Part shown: positions 19,196 to 29,973 of the stretch, in pieces
Layout: every line of letters starts with the position of its first letter
Numbering within the stretch: the first letter of the stretch is position 1
Source of the DNA: Candidatus Saccharimonadia bacterium
Lineage (GTDB): Bacteria; Patescibacteriota; Saccharimonadia; UBA4664
Reading direction: 5' to 3'
Assembly: GCA_035479295.1 (NCBI GenBank)
Contig: DATIIV010000033.1
Coordinates: 2,901 to 66,900 of the forward strand
Length of the DNA: 64,000 nucleotides
Translations under genes and position numbers: made by a program
Notes under the pieces: model-generated
Told to the model about the DNA's origin: nothing
Databases searched by the model: none
What the model saw: only the letters and a program-made list of their open reading frames with translations

Positions 19196-20998
19196 TTAAG
19201 CAGCTTGATTGAGATGCGGTCGAGTCCGATCAAGGACGGCCATAACCCGGCGCCGAGTCTGCAGCACGATATCCTGAGCGGCCTGCTGAAACTGGCGGCC
19301 GCGATCTTCGCCTTGCTCGGCCGAGCGCAGAAGGTCGGCCAGGGTTAGGAAGTCGGGGCTTAGTGCGAGACCCTTGCCTGCCGAAAACCGGGCGGCCCAC
19401 GGGTCGTCGGAGGGGCGAGTCATTTGGTGGCTGGCAAATAAATCGTTCATTTGGGCGGAATATTGCTGCCAGGCGGCCGCTAGCTCGGTCTTTGACGGGT
19501 CCGCCGCCTCTTTGGGATGCTCCAAGAGCTGAGTGTGTGCTTTAAGGGCGCTAAAGAGAGCACTGGCGCTGCGCATCGTACGGTTAAGCCCTGATAGGCC
19601 TTTAGCCTCCAGCGTTCGTAACTCCACCGCGGTGGAAGCATCTCCCTGGATGTCTTCACTGCTTCGTTCCATAATGCCGCCGTTACCCTTGCAGGCCCAG
19701 CCGCCCTCAGGAGCGGTTGATGCTTGTTCCAGCCGTTCGGCACTACAGCTCCAACCGGTAGCCTCCAGCCCGTGCAATAAGGTATACACCTCATTGCCGG
19801 CCGGGCCGTTAGTACTGACTTCGGCGCCCGTAAGATGCAGCGGATACGAATACTCATTGCGGAGAAGGTCGGCCTGCATCAGGGCCTGGACTTCGCGCGT
19901 GTGGGTGAGGTAGCTGTAAGCCGGGCGAGGGGCGAATTCCCACATGGCGTCGCTACCCGCTGGTATACCCAGTTGCTCGCTGTGGCGATAATTGGCTTGT
20001 CGCTGGTAGGCTCGAGCCTCTCGCTCCTCACTAGAAAGGTTCAAGTTGTCATCAACTAATAATGACTCTTCTTCGATCTCTACTTCTATGCCTAGCGTGG
20101 TGCTATAAGGCGAGGGATTGTCCTCTTGATAGGCGGCAATAATTAGTCGCTCTTTAAACTGCTCAGGAGTGTGCGACGATAAGGGGCGCTCCATCAGAAC
20201 CCAGAGATTCTGGAGCGTCTCCGAACGCTTACCGGAGCCCTGGGAACTAACCATAAGATCAGGTTTTCGGCGAAGGCTCTGCCCAAAGTCTGGGTCGTTC
20301 ACGCTGTCATTAAAGAATTCTTGGGCATAGGCCAGAGCCAGGACTTCGGGACGAGATATCGTCCGGAAGTAGTTGAGAGCTTCTGCCCGCTGGCCGCGGT
20401 GACGAACGCCTTTAACATACTCATCGAGCCAGCCCTCTACGTGCTGCTGCCATTGTTCCCGGCTCGCCTCCGAGGTGGCTCGGTGCTCAATGGCCGAGGC
20501 TACGAACAGCGCATCGTTCATCTTGTAACTGCGGTACTCTGGGTCTGGTTCGGTGGCGATAGCATGGGACGCATAGGCAGCGAGGTGGGGTAGTAGCTGG
20601 TCGTCACCCAATCGAGCTAGGGCGACACGCAATGGTTGTTCCATTTTGCCCTGTTGAACAACATAATCAGCAATCTCGGGCACATTTTCCCTCGTAGCAG
20701 CGGCGTTTACCAGACTGGCACTAAGCTCCGGTATAAGCCTGCCTTGGCTAAGTTCTTGGAGTACGGCATGGGCGGCTGGAGCTCCTTCTTGTCGAAACTG
20801 GCGTAGTAAGGCTACGGCACGTGTCTTCTCGGCGTCACTGGGCTTCAGCTTTAATTGGATAGCTGCAAACTCGTGAGTCAGGGCCGTCAGATCCTCCTGG
20901 TTCGTCTCACTGGTGTTGGCTGTGAGGTCGCGGTAGGCGTCGGCGCCCTGAAAGTCCGGCTTGTCACCATGATGGGGCGAGTGGTGCTCGTAGTTCAT
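19196..20998 (-). CDS. Hypothetical 600-aa protein; C-terminal half possibly amidoligase (COOH-NH2 ligase)-like
   Basis: Long ORF with motifs TLGIEVEI, WEFAPRP, PLHLT and VELR. Confidence 0.75.
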   Translation of the reverse strand: MNYEHHSPHHGDKPDFQGADAYRDLTANTSETNQEDLTALTHEFAAIQLKLKPSDAEKTRAVALLRQFRQEGAPAAHAVLQELSQGRLIPELSASLVNAAATRENVPEIADYVVQQGKMEQPLRVALARLGDDQLLPHLAAYASHAIATEPDPEYRSYKMNDALFVASAIEHRATSEASREQWQQHVEGWLDEYVKGVRHRGQRAEALNYFRTISRPEVLALAYAQEFFNDSVNDPDFGQSLRRKPDLMVSSQGSGKRSETLQNLWVLMERPLSSHTPEQFKERLIIAAYQEDNPSPYSTTLGIEVEIEEESLLVDDNLNLSSEEREARAYQRQANYRHSEQLGIPAGSDAMWEFAPRPAYSYLTHTREVQALMQADLLRNEYSYPLHLTGAEVSTNGPAGNEVYTLLHGLEATGWSCSAERLEQASTAPEGGWACKGNGGIMERSSEDIQGDASTAVELRTLEAKGLSGLNRTMRSASALFSALKAHTQLLEHPKEAADPSKTELAAAWQQYSAQMNDLFASHQMTRPSDDPWAARFSAGKGLALSPDFLTLADLLRSAEQGEDRGRQFQQAAQDIVLQTRRRVMAVLDRTRPHLNQAA

Positions 20999-21031
20999 GC
21001 TACTTATGGTAGTTCAGCTAGGTACTCTTGG

Positions 21032-21358
21032 CTAGGCGGCCGGGCGCCAGGTGCGCTGATCGTTAACCGCTTCTTTGTCGCGAAAGGCTCGTTCTAGGTC
21101 CACCTCATAATGATTGGCGATGGCAGTGAGCACAATTAAGATATCGGCCAGTTCCTCGGCGATAGTGCCAACTTTGGAGTGCTCATCCACCCGCAGCTGC
21201 TCTTGTTTGCGCACGGCTTTGCTGAGCTCGCCGACCTCCTCGGTCAGCAACAGGCACTCTTGTAGTACCGAATTACTACTAAAGCCGCGCTCCTGGGTCA
21301 TTTGGCGAACGTAGCGTTGCAGATCTTGAACGGTAGCGTGGGCCGGTAGGGTAGCCAT
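21032..21358 (-). CDS. MazG-like nucleotide pyrophosphohydrolase
   Basis: LTEEVGELSKAVRK and EELADIL. Confidence 0.92.
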   Translation of the reverse strand: MATLPAHATVQDLQRYVRQMTQERGFSSNSVLQECLLLTEEVGELSKAVRKQEQLRVDEHSKVGTIAEELADILIVLTAIANHYEVDLERAFRDKEAVNDQRTWRPAA

Positions 21359-21455
21359 AAAACCTCACAATCTTAGGCCGTTATTATACCGAACATGATT
21401 AGAACAAACAAGGAGCCCGGAGGCTCCTTGCGGTGGACGGCGCGGAGAGACGAGC

Positions 21456-21968
21456 CTACTTGTTGCCCTGAGCAATGTAGTCTTTAATGGCCTTAACGAC
21501 CTTACCGTCGTCCTTGAGGTTCTCCCAGAACAGGACCTGTGAGCGGCTGATGAACATCGAGTCCTCGGGCCCATGCAGCTCGCCGCCAAGCTTGGCCAGC
21601 GAGACCTGCTGGTTATTATTGGCCGATGAGCTGCTATCCTTGGGCTGAACGGTCTGCTGGACCTGCAGGTAGTAGATGTTGCTGAGCTTAACGTAGCTTG
21701 AATCGACGCTCGAGACCTTGCCAAAGTAGACCTGACCATTGGTGAGGAAGACGGCTTGGTACTGCTTGCCCTTAACGGCGCTATCGGCGGTGAGGCTACC
21801 GATGGCCCGCGTGGCGTAGTAGCCCATAAAGGTGAGCGCGGCCAGAATGAGGGCGATCGAGAGTAACTTGTTGAGCAGCGAGCTGCTCGCGTTGGCGACC
21901 GAGGCGAGAGCCGGGCTGTGCTCGGCTGGGGCCGCTCCTCTGCTTGGCATCTGAGAACGCATTTCCAT
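21456..21968 (-). CDS. Hypothetical single-TM protein
   Basis: Start moved to MEMRSQ; TM followed by YQAVFLTNGQVYFG..YYLQ..KLGGELHGPED..WENLK. Confidence 0.85.
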   Translation of the reverse strand: MEMRSQMPSRGAAPAEHSPALASVANASSSLLNKLLSIALILAALTFMGYYATRAIGSLTADSAVKGKQYQAVFLTNGQVYFGKVSSVDSSYVKLSNIYYLQVQQTVQPKDSSSSANNNQQVSLAKLGGELHGPEDSMFISRSQVLFWENLKDDGKVVKAIKDYIAQGNK

Positions 21969-22108
21969 GAGGCTTAAACTCCACCTATCATTAGCAATTA
22001 AGCTTATGGTACAGGAGCAGGGCAGTCGAGGCAAGTTCGTCGCGGGCGGTCTGATCTAGCGGTGACGGCTGGCGGGCGCTATAATCATAACAACTATCGA
22101 GGTGAACG

Positions 22109-22954
22109 ATGCGGGTCCGCCGCCCCAACTTAATCCGACGAGCCATAGTCGTGGCGGCTTGGGCGGCCGTGGCGTTGGCAGGATTGGGAGCAGCGCCGGC
22201 GGCTCTGGCTAGCCTGTCGCAGGCCTACGCCACTACGGCCAGCATTCCCGACGGCAGCTTGGTGGCGCTGGATACCAAGTCGGCCGGCAGCGTGGTAGTG
22301 GCCGACCTCACCAACGCCGGCCGACTCTTTGGTGTGACGGCGCCACCGTCCTCGGCGCTGGTGTCGTTGGGCGGCAGCAATAGTAGCGGCCAGGTGCAGG
22401 TAATCACTACCGGCACGGCCAACGCGCTGGTGACGACGTCCGGCGGCGACATTCACGTGGGCGACGCTATCGCTGTCTCGCCGATCGCCGGGGTGGGCCA
22501 GAAGGCTAGCGGCAAGGTGCGCATCATCGGCACGGCCCAGAGCGACTTTAGTGCCGCCACTCCCGGCGCCGCCAAGCGCACTATCACCACCGCCACCGGG
22601 AGCCAGCAGGAGGTGGCGATCGGCCAGATTCCCCTCGTGGTAGCCGTAGCCACCTACAATCAAGACACCAGCCAGGCCTACACCGTGCCGAGCTGGCTGC
22701 AAAATTTCTCTAATGCGCTGGCCGGCAAGAACGTCTCGCCGGTACGCATTATTATTGCCGGCCTGATTCTGCTAATATCGTTAGTAAGCGTAAGTGTGTT
22801 GCTGTACGCGGCGGTGCGTAATAGCATCATCTCGATCGGCCGCAACCCGCTGTCGCGCGGCTCGGTCTTGCGCGGCCTGCTGCAGGTTACGCTGATCGCC
22901 TTTGGGATTCTAGGCCTAGCTGCCGGTGCGATGTTCTTGGTGATTACGAGGTGA
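22109..22954 (+). CDS. Secreted beta-rich domain fused to an ATP synthase subunit-c-like hairpin (no carboxylate)
   Basis: Signal peptide ending ALA; C-terminal TM-IGRNP-TM; occupies the atpE position of the operon. Confidence 0.6.
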   Translation: MRVRRPNLIRRAIVVAAWAAVALAGLGAAPAALASLSQAYATTASIPDGSLVALDTKSAGSVVVADLTNAGRLFGVTAPPSSALVSLGGSNSSGQVQVITTGTANALVTTSGGDIHVGDAIAVSPIAGVGQKASGKVRIIGTAQSDFSAATPGAAKRTITTATGSQQEVAIGQIPLVVAVATYNQDTSQAYTVPSWLQNFSNALAGKNVSPVRIIIAGLILLISLVSVSVLLYAAVRNSIISIGRNPLSRGSVLRGLLQVTLIAFGILGLAAGAMFLVITR

Positions 22955-23547
22955 GTATGGAAGTCCTTATTTTAGCTGGTTTGGTGCTGCTGTTTACGAT
23001 CGTAACAGTGGTGCAGAGCTACCAGCTGCGGGCGCTGCACAAGCGCGAGGCCGAGCTGGCTGGTAAGCCCAAACCGATTCGCGTAGGCGAGCCGACTGTG
23101 GCCGAGCTCGAGGCCAAGCTCAAGGCTGCCTACGAGGCTCAGATTGCGACCTCCGTGCAGGTCTTTGGCGACGACCTAAAGACTACCTCAGCCAAGTTAG
23201 GCGAGCAGGTGTCGCGACTCACCACCACGGTAATTGAGGAAGAGTTGACGGCCTACCAGAAGACCCTAGAAGAGGTGCGGGCCGCCGCCACCGAGGCCAT
23301 GGACAAGATTCGGGCGGCCGTAGAGCAGCAGCGCGTCGAGTTGCGCCAAGGCATGGAGGCCGATCTGGCCGCCGAGCGCCAGCGCCTGGCCGACAAGTTT
23401 AATGCCAAGCTCGGCGACGTGGTGAGCAGCTACATCGCCGAATCGCTGGGCGGCGGCGTTGATCTGGGCGCGCAGATGCAGTACATTCTGGCCTCGCTCG
23501 AGGCGCACAAGGATGACATCAAGAAGGATCTGACCGGTGGCGTTTGA
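22951..23547 (+). CDS. ATP synthase subunit b-like protein
   Basis: N-terminal TM plus long charged coiled coil; atpF position; overlaps both neighbours. Confidence 0.6.
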   Translation: MSMEVLILAGLVLLFTIVTVVQSYQLRALHKREAELAGKPKPIRVGEPTVAELEAKLKAAYEAQIATSVQVFGDDLKTTSAKLGEQVSRLTTTVIEEELTAYQKTLEEVRAAATEAMDKIRAAVEQQRVELRQGMEADLAAERQRLADKFNAKLGDVVSSYIAESLGGGVDLGAQMQYILASLEAHKDDIKKDLTGGV

Positions 23548-24019
23548 ATTACCTAGCGCCGTCTACAGCCCCGAGCTGCTTGATAGCGTGAGCTATGAGC
23601 TGGAGCAGTATCTAGCCTGGTACCAGCAGGCGCGCGTGCAGCACCGTTCGGGCGTGGCGCCGGCCGCCGAGCCCTCGTACTCGGCCGAGACCGCTCAGAC
23701 CATTGAGGCTTGGCTAGCGGCCAGCGGCAAAAAGCCGACCATCGAGACCATTGAGGCGCTGCTGGCCCACCTGCGTGGCCTTAAGCTGCCCACGGCCCAC
23801 ATTATGCTGGCCACCTTACCCAACCACGCTCAACGCGCTCAGCTGGTCGACTGGTTTCGGCGCTTGGCCGGCCGGCCCCTGCTGGTGGCCTTTGTGGCCG
23901 ATCGCAATCTGGGCGGCGGCATCGTGGTGCGCACACCCAATCGCATCTTCGATTACTCCTGGCGGCAGCGCTTAACCGAGGGGCGCAGTAAATTGGCGGA
24001 GATTGTAAACCGTGCTTGA
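23537..24019 (+). CDS. atpH: ATP synthase delta (OSCP)-like subunit
   Basis: C-terminal FVADRNLGGGIVVRTPNRIFDYSWRQRL matches the delta C-domain pattern; divergent N-terminus. Confidence 0.75.
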   Translation: MAFELPSAVYSPELLDSVSYELEQYLAWYQQARVQHRSGVAPAAEPSYSAETAQTIEAWLAASGKKPTIETIEALLAHLRGLKLPTAHIMLATLPNHAQRAQLVDWFRRLAGRPLLVAFVADRNLGGGIVVRTPNRIFDYSWRQRLTEGRSKLAEIVNRA

Positions 24020-25535
24020 TGATAACCCCAAATTTGCCAAACTGGTAGCGGCCGGCAACGCCACCGGGGAGGTCATTGGTGTGGACCGCTTTATTGTAAC
24101 GGTGCGCGGCCTCGGCGAGGTCTCAGTAAACGCGCTGATCTACTTTAGTAACGGCCACCAAGGCCTGGTGCGCGAGGTTCACGAAGAGACGGTGATGGTG
24201 CTCAACATGACGGCCGAGTCGATCGAGCTGGGCACGCTGGCCGTCATTGAGGCCGAGGAGCTGGTGACTGGTGTGGGCGAGGGGCTGGTCGGCCGGGTGC
24301 TATCGGTGCTGGGCCAACCGCTGGACGGCAAAGGTCCGCTCAATATTGCCCAGTACGACCCGGTCTTTAAGGTGGCGCCCGGCATCATTGAGCGCAAGAT
24401 GCTGAGCGACCCGCTGACCACCGGCGTGGCCATCGCCGATCAGCTGTTTCCGCTGGTAAAGGGCCAGCGCATCGCCGTGCTGGGTGATAACAAGGTGGGT
24501 AAGAGCGCCTTTACCACTCAGCTAACGTTGGCGCAAAAGGATACGGGTCGCATCGTCATTCACGTGCTGATCTCCAAGCGTAAGTCCGATGTGGACCGGC
24601 TGATCGCCAAGCTCAACGAGACTGGCGCCATTAAGTACTGCGTCATTATTGTGGCCACGGTCTTCGACTCGCTGACTCAGTCGTACCTGGCGCCGTACGT
24701 GGGCGCTAGTGTCGCCGAGTTTCTGTGGCGGGGCGGCAAGGACTGCATTATCGTGTACGACGATCTGAGTAACCACGCCAAGGTCTATCGCGAACTGTCG
24801 TTGCTGCTTAAGGTGAGCCCCGGCCGCGCTAGCTATCCAGGCGATATGTTTTATGCCCACTCTAGTCTGCTAGAGCGGGCCGGGCGGCTAGCCAGCAATG
24901 GCGCCACGCTGGCCTCGATTCCGGTGGTGCTGACGCCCAACAATGACATTACGGCGCCGCTGCCCACCAGCATCATGTCGATCACCGACGGCCAGCTGAT
25001 CTTTGACACCGACGCCTTTCGCTCCGGCATCCGGCCGGCCATCTCGGTGGGTCTATCGGTGTCGCGCGTCGGCGGCGTGGGCCAGAACAAGCGCCAAAAG
25101 AAGTTGACGGCTAGCCTGTTCAAGAAGCTAGCGCTCTACCGTCAGGCCGCCGAGTTCTCGCACTTTGGCTCCGAGCTGGCCATCGACTCCAAGTACGATC
25201 TGGAGCTGGGCAAAAAGATCTACGAGGCGCTCAAGCAGCCGCCGGACGTCATTTATACTGCCAACGAGCAGGATCTTATTCTGGGCACCGTTATGAAGAC
25301 CGAGGGTAAAATTAGCATTAACATTGATAGCCTTAAGCGCAAAGCCACCGAACTAGCGCCGACTATGACGGCCGACAGCGACTGGGAGGCCACCATTACC
25401 CAGCTGCTGGCCGAGGTAACCGTGCAGGCGCCCAGTGCGCCCCAGCCGGCGCCGCAACCTGGGCCGCAAAACCCCGCGCCGTCCGCCGAAGCTGGCGCCG
25501 CCGCCGCGCCGCCGCCGGCCGGAGCTAAGTCCTAA
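24012..25535 (+). CDS. atpA: F1-type ATPase alpha-like subunit (divergent)
   Basis: KGQRIAVLGDNKVGKS, YDDLSNHA, PGRASYPGDMFYAHSSLLERA, SITDGQ, SVSRVG; Pro/Ala tail. Confidence 0.92.
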   Translation: MLDDNPKFAKLVAAGNATGEVIGVDRFIVTVRGLGEVSVNALIYFSNGHQGLVREVHEETVMVLNMTAESIELGTLAVIEAEELVTGVGEGLVGRVLSVLGQPLDGKGPLNIAQYDPVFKVAPGIIERKMLSDPLTTGVAIADQLFPLVKGQRIAVLGDNKVGKSAFTTQLTLAQKDTGRIVIHVLISKRKSDVDRLIAKLNETGAIKYCVIIVATVFDSLTQSYLAPYVGASVAEFLWRGGKDCIIVYDDLSNHAKVYRELSLLLKVSPGRASYPGDMFYAHSSLLERAGRLASNGATLASIPVVLTPNNDITAPLPTSIMSITDGQLIFDTDAFRSGIRPAISVGLSVSRVGGVGQNKRQKKLTASLFKKLALYRQAAEFSHFGSELAIDSKYDLELGKKIYEALKQPPDVIYTANEQDLILGTVMKTEGKISINIDSLKRKATELAPTMTADSDWEATITQLLAEVTVQAPSAPQPAPQPGPQNPAPSAEAGAAAAPPPAGAKS

Positions 25536-26389
25536 TGGCTCGCCAAGCGCTCGGCATCCAAAAGGAGGCCGGCCAGGTCGGCACCATCTCGGAGCTCACC
25601 GGCATCTTCGAGAGCATCGCCAGTATGCGCATCGGCAAGATCAAAGACAAAGTAACGCGCAGCCAAAAGTTCTTCGACGAACTCTGGCAGATCTACACCC
25701 AGTTGCGCGTCGACCCCACCGAGCGCCTGCAGACTCACCGCACCACCAAGCGCGACAAGCCCAACGTCTACCTGGTGCTCACCAGCGAGGGCGGCCTGTC
25801 CGGCGACATCGACCAGCGCATTGTGCACACGGTTCTCGAGAACTTTGATCCCGCTACCACCGACCTCATCGTCATCGGCGCTCACGGTGCTACTCAGTTT
25901 GTGCAGGCCAAGACCCACATTAAGCGCTACTTCCGCCTGCCCGACGTCGATCAGGCCATCGATGTCTCGCCGATCGTCCAGGAGCTGATCGGCTACAAGC
26001 AGTCGACCGTCTGGTTTCAGCGCTACATCAGCCTGAGTGTGCAGGAGGTGGGCCGCATCGACCTGATCAATCGGGTTAAATCGCTGGGCTCGGATGCCGA
26101 GGCTCGCCAAGCTGATATAATTAGCCCGCGCGAGTACCTGTTTGAACCCAACGTCGATGAGGTGGTGCGCTATTTAGAGAGCGTGATGATGGAGATCGCG
26201 CTGTCACAGGTGATCTTAGAGTCGCGGCTGGCGCAGTATGCCTCGCGATTTACGGCCATGAGCGCGGCCAAGAAGCGCTCGCAAGAGATGAAGCTAGCGC
26301 TAGTGATGTCGTTCAACCGGGCCAAGCGCGGCGAAGCCGACGACCGCATTAAAGAGATCGTGAACGCCATGAACGCGCTGAGTATGTAG
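25535..26389 (+). CDS. atpG: F1-type ATPase gamma-like subunit
   Basis: LTSEGGLSG, SRFTAMSAAK, FNRAKR..IKEIV. Confidence 0.88.
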   Translation: MARQALGIQKEAGQVGTISELTGIFESIASMRIGKIKDKVTRSQKFFDELWQIYTQLRVDPTERLQTHRTTKRDKPNVYLVLTSEGGLSGDIDQRIVHTVLENFDPATTDLIVIGAHGATQFVQAKTHIKRYFRLPDVDQAIDVSPIVQELIGYKQSTVWFQRYISLSVQEVGRIDLINRVKSLGSDAEARQADIISPREYLFEPNVDEVVRYLESVMMEIALSQVILESRLAQYASRFTAMSAAKKRSQEMKLALVMSFNRAKRGEADDRIKEIVNAMNALSM

Positions 26390-26424
26390 TGAAGCTATGC
26401 CGAACAAAGAACGAGGGATAGATA

Positions 26425-26598
26425 ATGAAGGCAGCAGAGGTCACTCCGGGTAAGGCTTTTTCCTACGAGGGCAAGGCCTACATTGCTCAGAACGTTACTA
26501 CTAGTAGCCTGCCCGATCATGTCGATATCTACGCTACAAATCCAGCTACTGGCGAGTCGGTCATCCTCCAGGCCATTCCTGCAGACAGGGATGTTTAG
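26425..26598 (+). CDS. 57-aa small protein, KOW/EF-P-N-terminus-like (not in the ORF track)
   Basis: MKAAEVTPGKAFSYEGKAYIAQNV...VDIYATNPATGESV...; GAGGG upstream; followed by a 13-bp hairpin at 26616-26647. Confidence 0.6.
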   Translation: MKAAEVTPGKAFSYEGKAYIAQNVTTSSLPDHVDIYATNPATGESVILQAIPADRDV

Positions 26599-26684
26599 TT
26601 AGCTAGTGCGCTCCCGGCGTCCCTTGTCGATGTTGGCAAGGGACGCCCCAATTTGTTGTATGATAAGGGTAAGCATTATCGTAG

Positions 26685-28004
<1,320 letters not shown>

Positions 28005-28018
28005 GGCGGGTCGGGTAG

Positions 28019-28333
28019 ATGGCGGTCGATGCCAAAGGCAGCCCCACCTACGCCGGCGCCTATGAGTCGCAAGGCGCGGCCAAGGAGTATCAGCATTTTC
28101 ATGTCAAAATCTTTAGCCCCTACGAGACCTATTACGAGGGCGAGGCGGTGAGTTTGAGTGCGGCCAACCGTACCGGGCCGTTCGACATTCTACCCGGCCA
28201 CGTTAACTTCTTCTCGCTGTTGACGGGTGGTCAGGTGGTTATTAACACCGGCTTTCAGCGACTGGAGTTTCAGGTAGCGCGTGGCATTATTCGGGTTAAC
28301 CGAGATACCGTGACGCTCTTTGCCGACGTGTAG
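28019..28333 (+). CDS. atpC: F1 epsilon-like subunit (N-terminal beta-sandwich only)
   Basis: VKIFSP..YYEGEA, GPFDILPGH, RGIIRV; ends without the C-terminal helices. Confidence 0.8.
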   Translation: MAVDAKGSPTYAGAYESQGAAKEYQHFHVKIFSPYETYYEGEAVSLSAANRTGPFDILPGHVNFFSLLTGGQVVINTGFQRLEFQVARGIIRVNRDTVTLFADV

Positions 28334-28339
28334 TGGCGG

Positions 28340-28765
28340 CTAGAGGGGATGCACTGGTAGTATTGTGGGCGTTGAGTAGGGCAGATATACTCGGCCAGTA
28401 AAGCACTGATAGCCTCGCCCGTGCTCGACGGCATTGATAGAGCCGATCGGACTGGAGTGAGCCGATTGATTTGACGGCAGGGTAGACGTCGCAAAGGTAG
28501 CGCACAACTGGAAGTCCGTGGCATTGACGGTGTGGTAGCTAAGGCCGGTGTGGTCGCCCGAGACCCGGTCAAGGCTAGTCGGCAACTGGTCGTGATCATT
28601 AACGTAGGTCTGCAGTGCAACGTTGATGTTGTCGAGCCGCAGGGCCAGGGCCTCGTCGGCCCGCGCCGGAATATTAAGCTGTGTCTCGGCGACTACGGCA
28701 CCTCCGCCCACCATGATAATCAGCGCCATCGCCAGGTAGTAGGGCTTCATGTTGCTCGTGGCCAT
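28340..28765 (-). CDS. Pilin-like hypothetical protein
   Basis: N-terminal TM, LPTSLD, FQLCATF and HGRGYQCF Cys pair. Confidence 0.7.
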   Translation of the reverse strand: MATSNMKPYYLAMALIIMVGGGAVVAETQLNIPARADEALALRLDNINVALQTYVNDHDQLPTSLDRVSGDHTGLSYHTVNATDFQLCATFATSTLPSNQSAHSSPIGSINAVEHGRGYQCFTGRVYLPYSTPTILPVHPL

Positions 28766-28768
28766 CGG

Positions 28769-29479
28769 CTACTGCCCCTTGTGGTGTTCATCGCGCCAGT
28801 AGTAGGCAAAGATGCTGCCGGCGATGCCGACCGTAACGAGAGTATGCAAGAAGCTGGCGAAGGCCGGAGTATTGGCTGCTACGCCCAGGAAGTAATCGGA
28901 GCTCGTGCCATTCATGAGGCTGTAAATGTAGGTGACGAGGCGGAAGAGACCCCAAATAAAGGTGACGATGAGCGTCAACTGCACCGCGTGTCGGCGCGAG
29001 GCATCGGCGCGAATGCCCGGTTCGGCCAGCTCGGCGCGCTTAAGGCGCAAGAATAGCAGGGCAAAGATGGGCAAGCCTACGATGAGCGCCGAGGCGGCAA
29101 ACGAGATGAAGCTATCGTTGGCGTTGTCGCCGCGACCAAAGCCTAGGTCAACCACATTGTGCAGCAGCGCGCCCAGCGACACGGCCGTGACGCCGAGCGC
29201 CAGGAACATAATGGTGTACTCCAGGCCGCGCGTGGTGCGCTGCTGCACCACGGCAATAGGCGCGACCGACCGATGGCGGTCACCTAGCTGACTGCCGGCG
29301 TCGTGGTCGGCGACTCCGGGCGGTGGTGGCGGCATCAGCAGGGCCTCGTCGCCGGCCTTAAGCGCCGCGGCCACCTGCCCGGCCTCCCAGCCGGCGCCCA
29401 CCAAGTTATCGCGAATATCCTGGTCGCTCAATTTGCGCGATCGGGCAAAGGTAATGTATTGCAGCAGCTGCTGGTTCAT
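28769..29479 (-). CDS. DUF5671-like membrane protein
   Basis: N-terminal IRDNLVGAGW domain, Pro linker, four TMs (ASALIVGLPIF), ends YYW. Confidence 0.75.
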   Translation of the reverse strand: MNQQLLQYITFARSRKLSDQDIRDNLVGAGWEAGQVAAALKAGDEALLMPPPPPGVADHDAGSQLGDRHRSVAPIAVVQQRTTRGLEYTIMFLALGVTAVSLGALLHNVVDLGFGRGDNANDSFISFAASALIVGLPIFALLFLRLKRAELAEPGIRADASRRHAVQLTLIVTFIWGLFRLVTYIYSLMNGTSSDYFLGVAANTPAFASFLHTLVTVGIAGSIFAYYWRDEHHKGQ

Positions 29480-29588
29480 AAATGCTCCGGCTTAGGTTAA
29501 TGCAAGTATCTAGCGACGCTACTCAGGAGTCAATGCAAGAAATTGCAGAATCATGATCAGATAATTCCTTGGCAAAAGCCAATTATGG

Positions 29589-29616
29589 TTGACATGATCT
29601 CAAGCATAAGCATAAT
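29589..29616 (+). promoter_or_regulatory. Sigma70-type promoter
   Basis: TTGACA-16-CATAAT upstream of 29649. Confidence 0.6.
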
Positions 29617-29648
29617 ACAGGTAAGAATATAATTAAACAGGAATTGTT

Positions 29649-29876
29649 ATGGCTTTTTCCCACACCAATTCAAAGGGGCAGCAGTACTTTCTGCATATGA
29701 AAGATGTGACGCTCAAGGGTGGTCGGTTGCAGCGCATCTACTACTTCGCCAAACTGCCAAACCATCCCAAGGGCACCCCGGTGGACGAGCTGCCGGTTGG
29801 ACGCATTGTCGTGGAGAATCTACGCACGGGCTTGCCGGTACTCAAAAAAGACGTGGCCTTGGGGGCCGCGGCGTAA
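29649..29876 (+). CDS. Small basic hypothetical protein
   Basis: Promoter, AGGA SD, downstream terminator (AACCGTC-GCCT-GGCGGTTTTTT); HTNSKGQQYFLH..IYYFAK..GLPVLKK. Confidence 0.85.
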   Translation: MAFSHTNSKGQQYFLHMKDVTLKGGRLQRIYYFAKLPNHPKGTPVDELPVGRIVVENLRTGLPVLKKDVALGAAA

Positions 29877-29973
29877 CGCTCTGATTCGAGACCGATAAAC
29901 CAACGAACCGTCGCCTGGCGGTTTTTTGGTGTGGTTGAAGCGAGACTGGCCAAAGTGCTAAGGTAGGAACATT

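Noticed and set aside
21391-21405. GAAC-N7-GAAC upstream of mazG as a LexA box
   Set aside because: Single instance; none seen before radC; the LexA motif of this lineage cannot be derived because the lexA promoter is outside the window.
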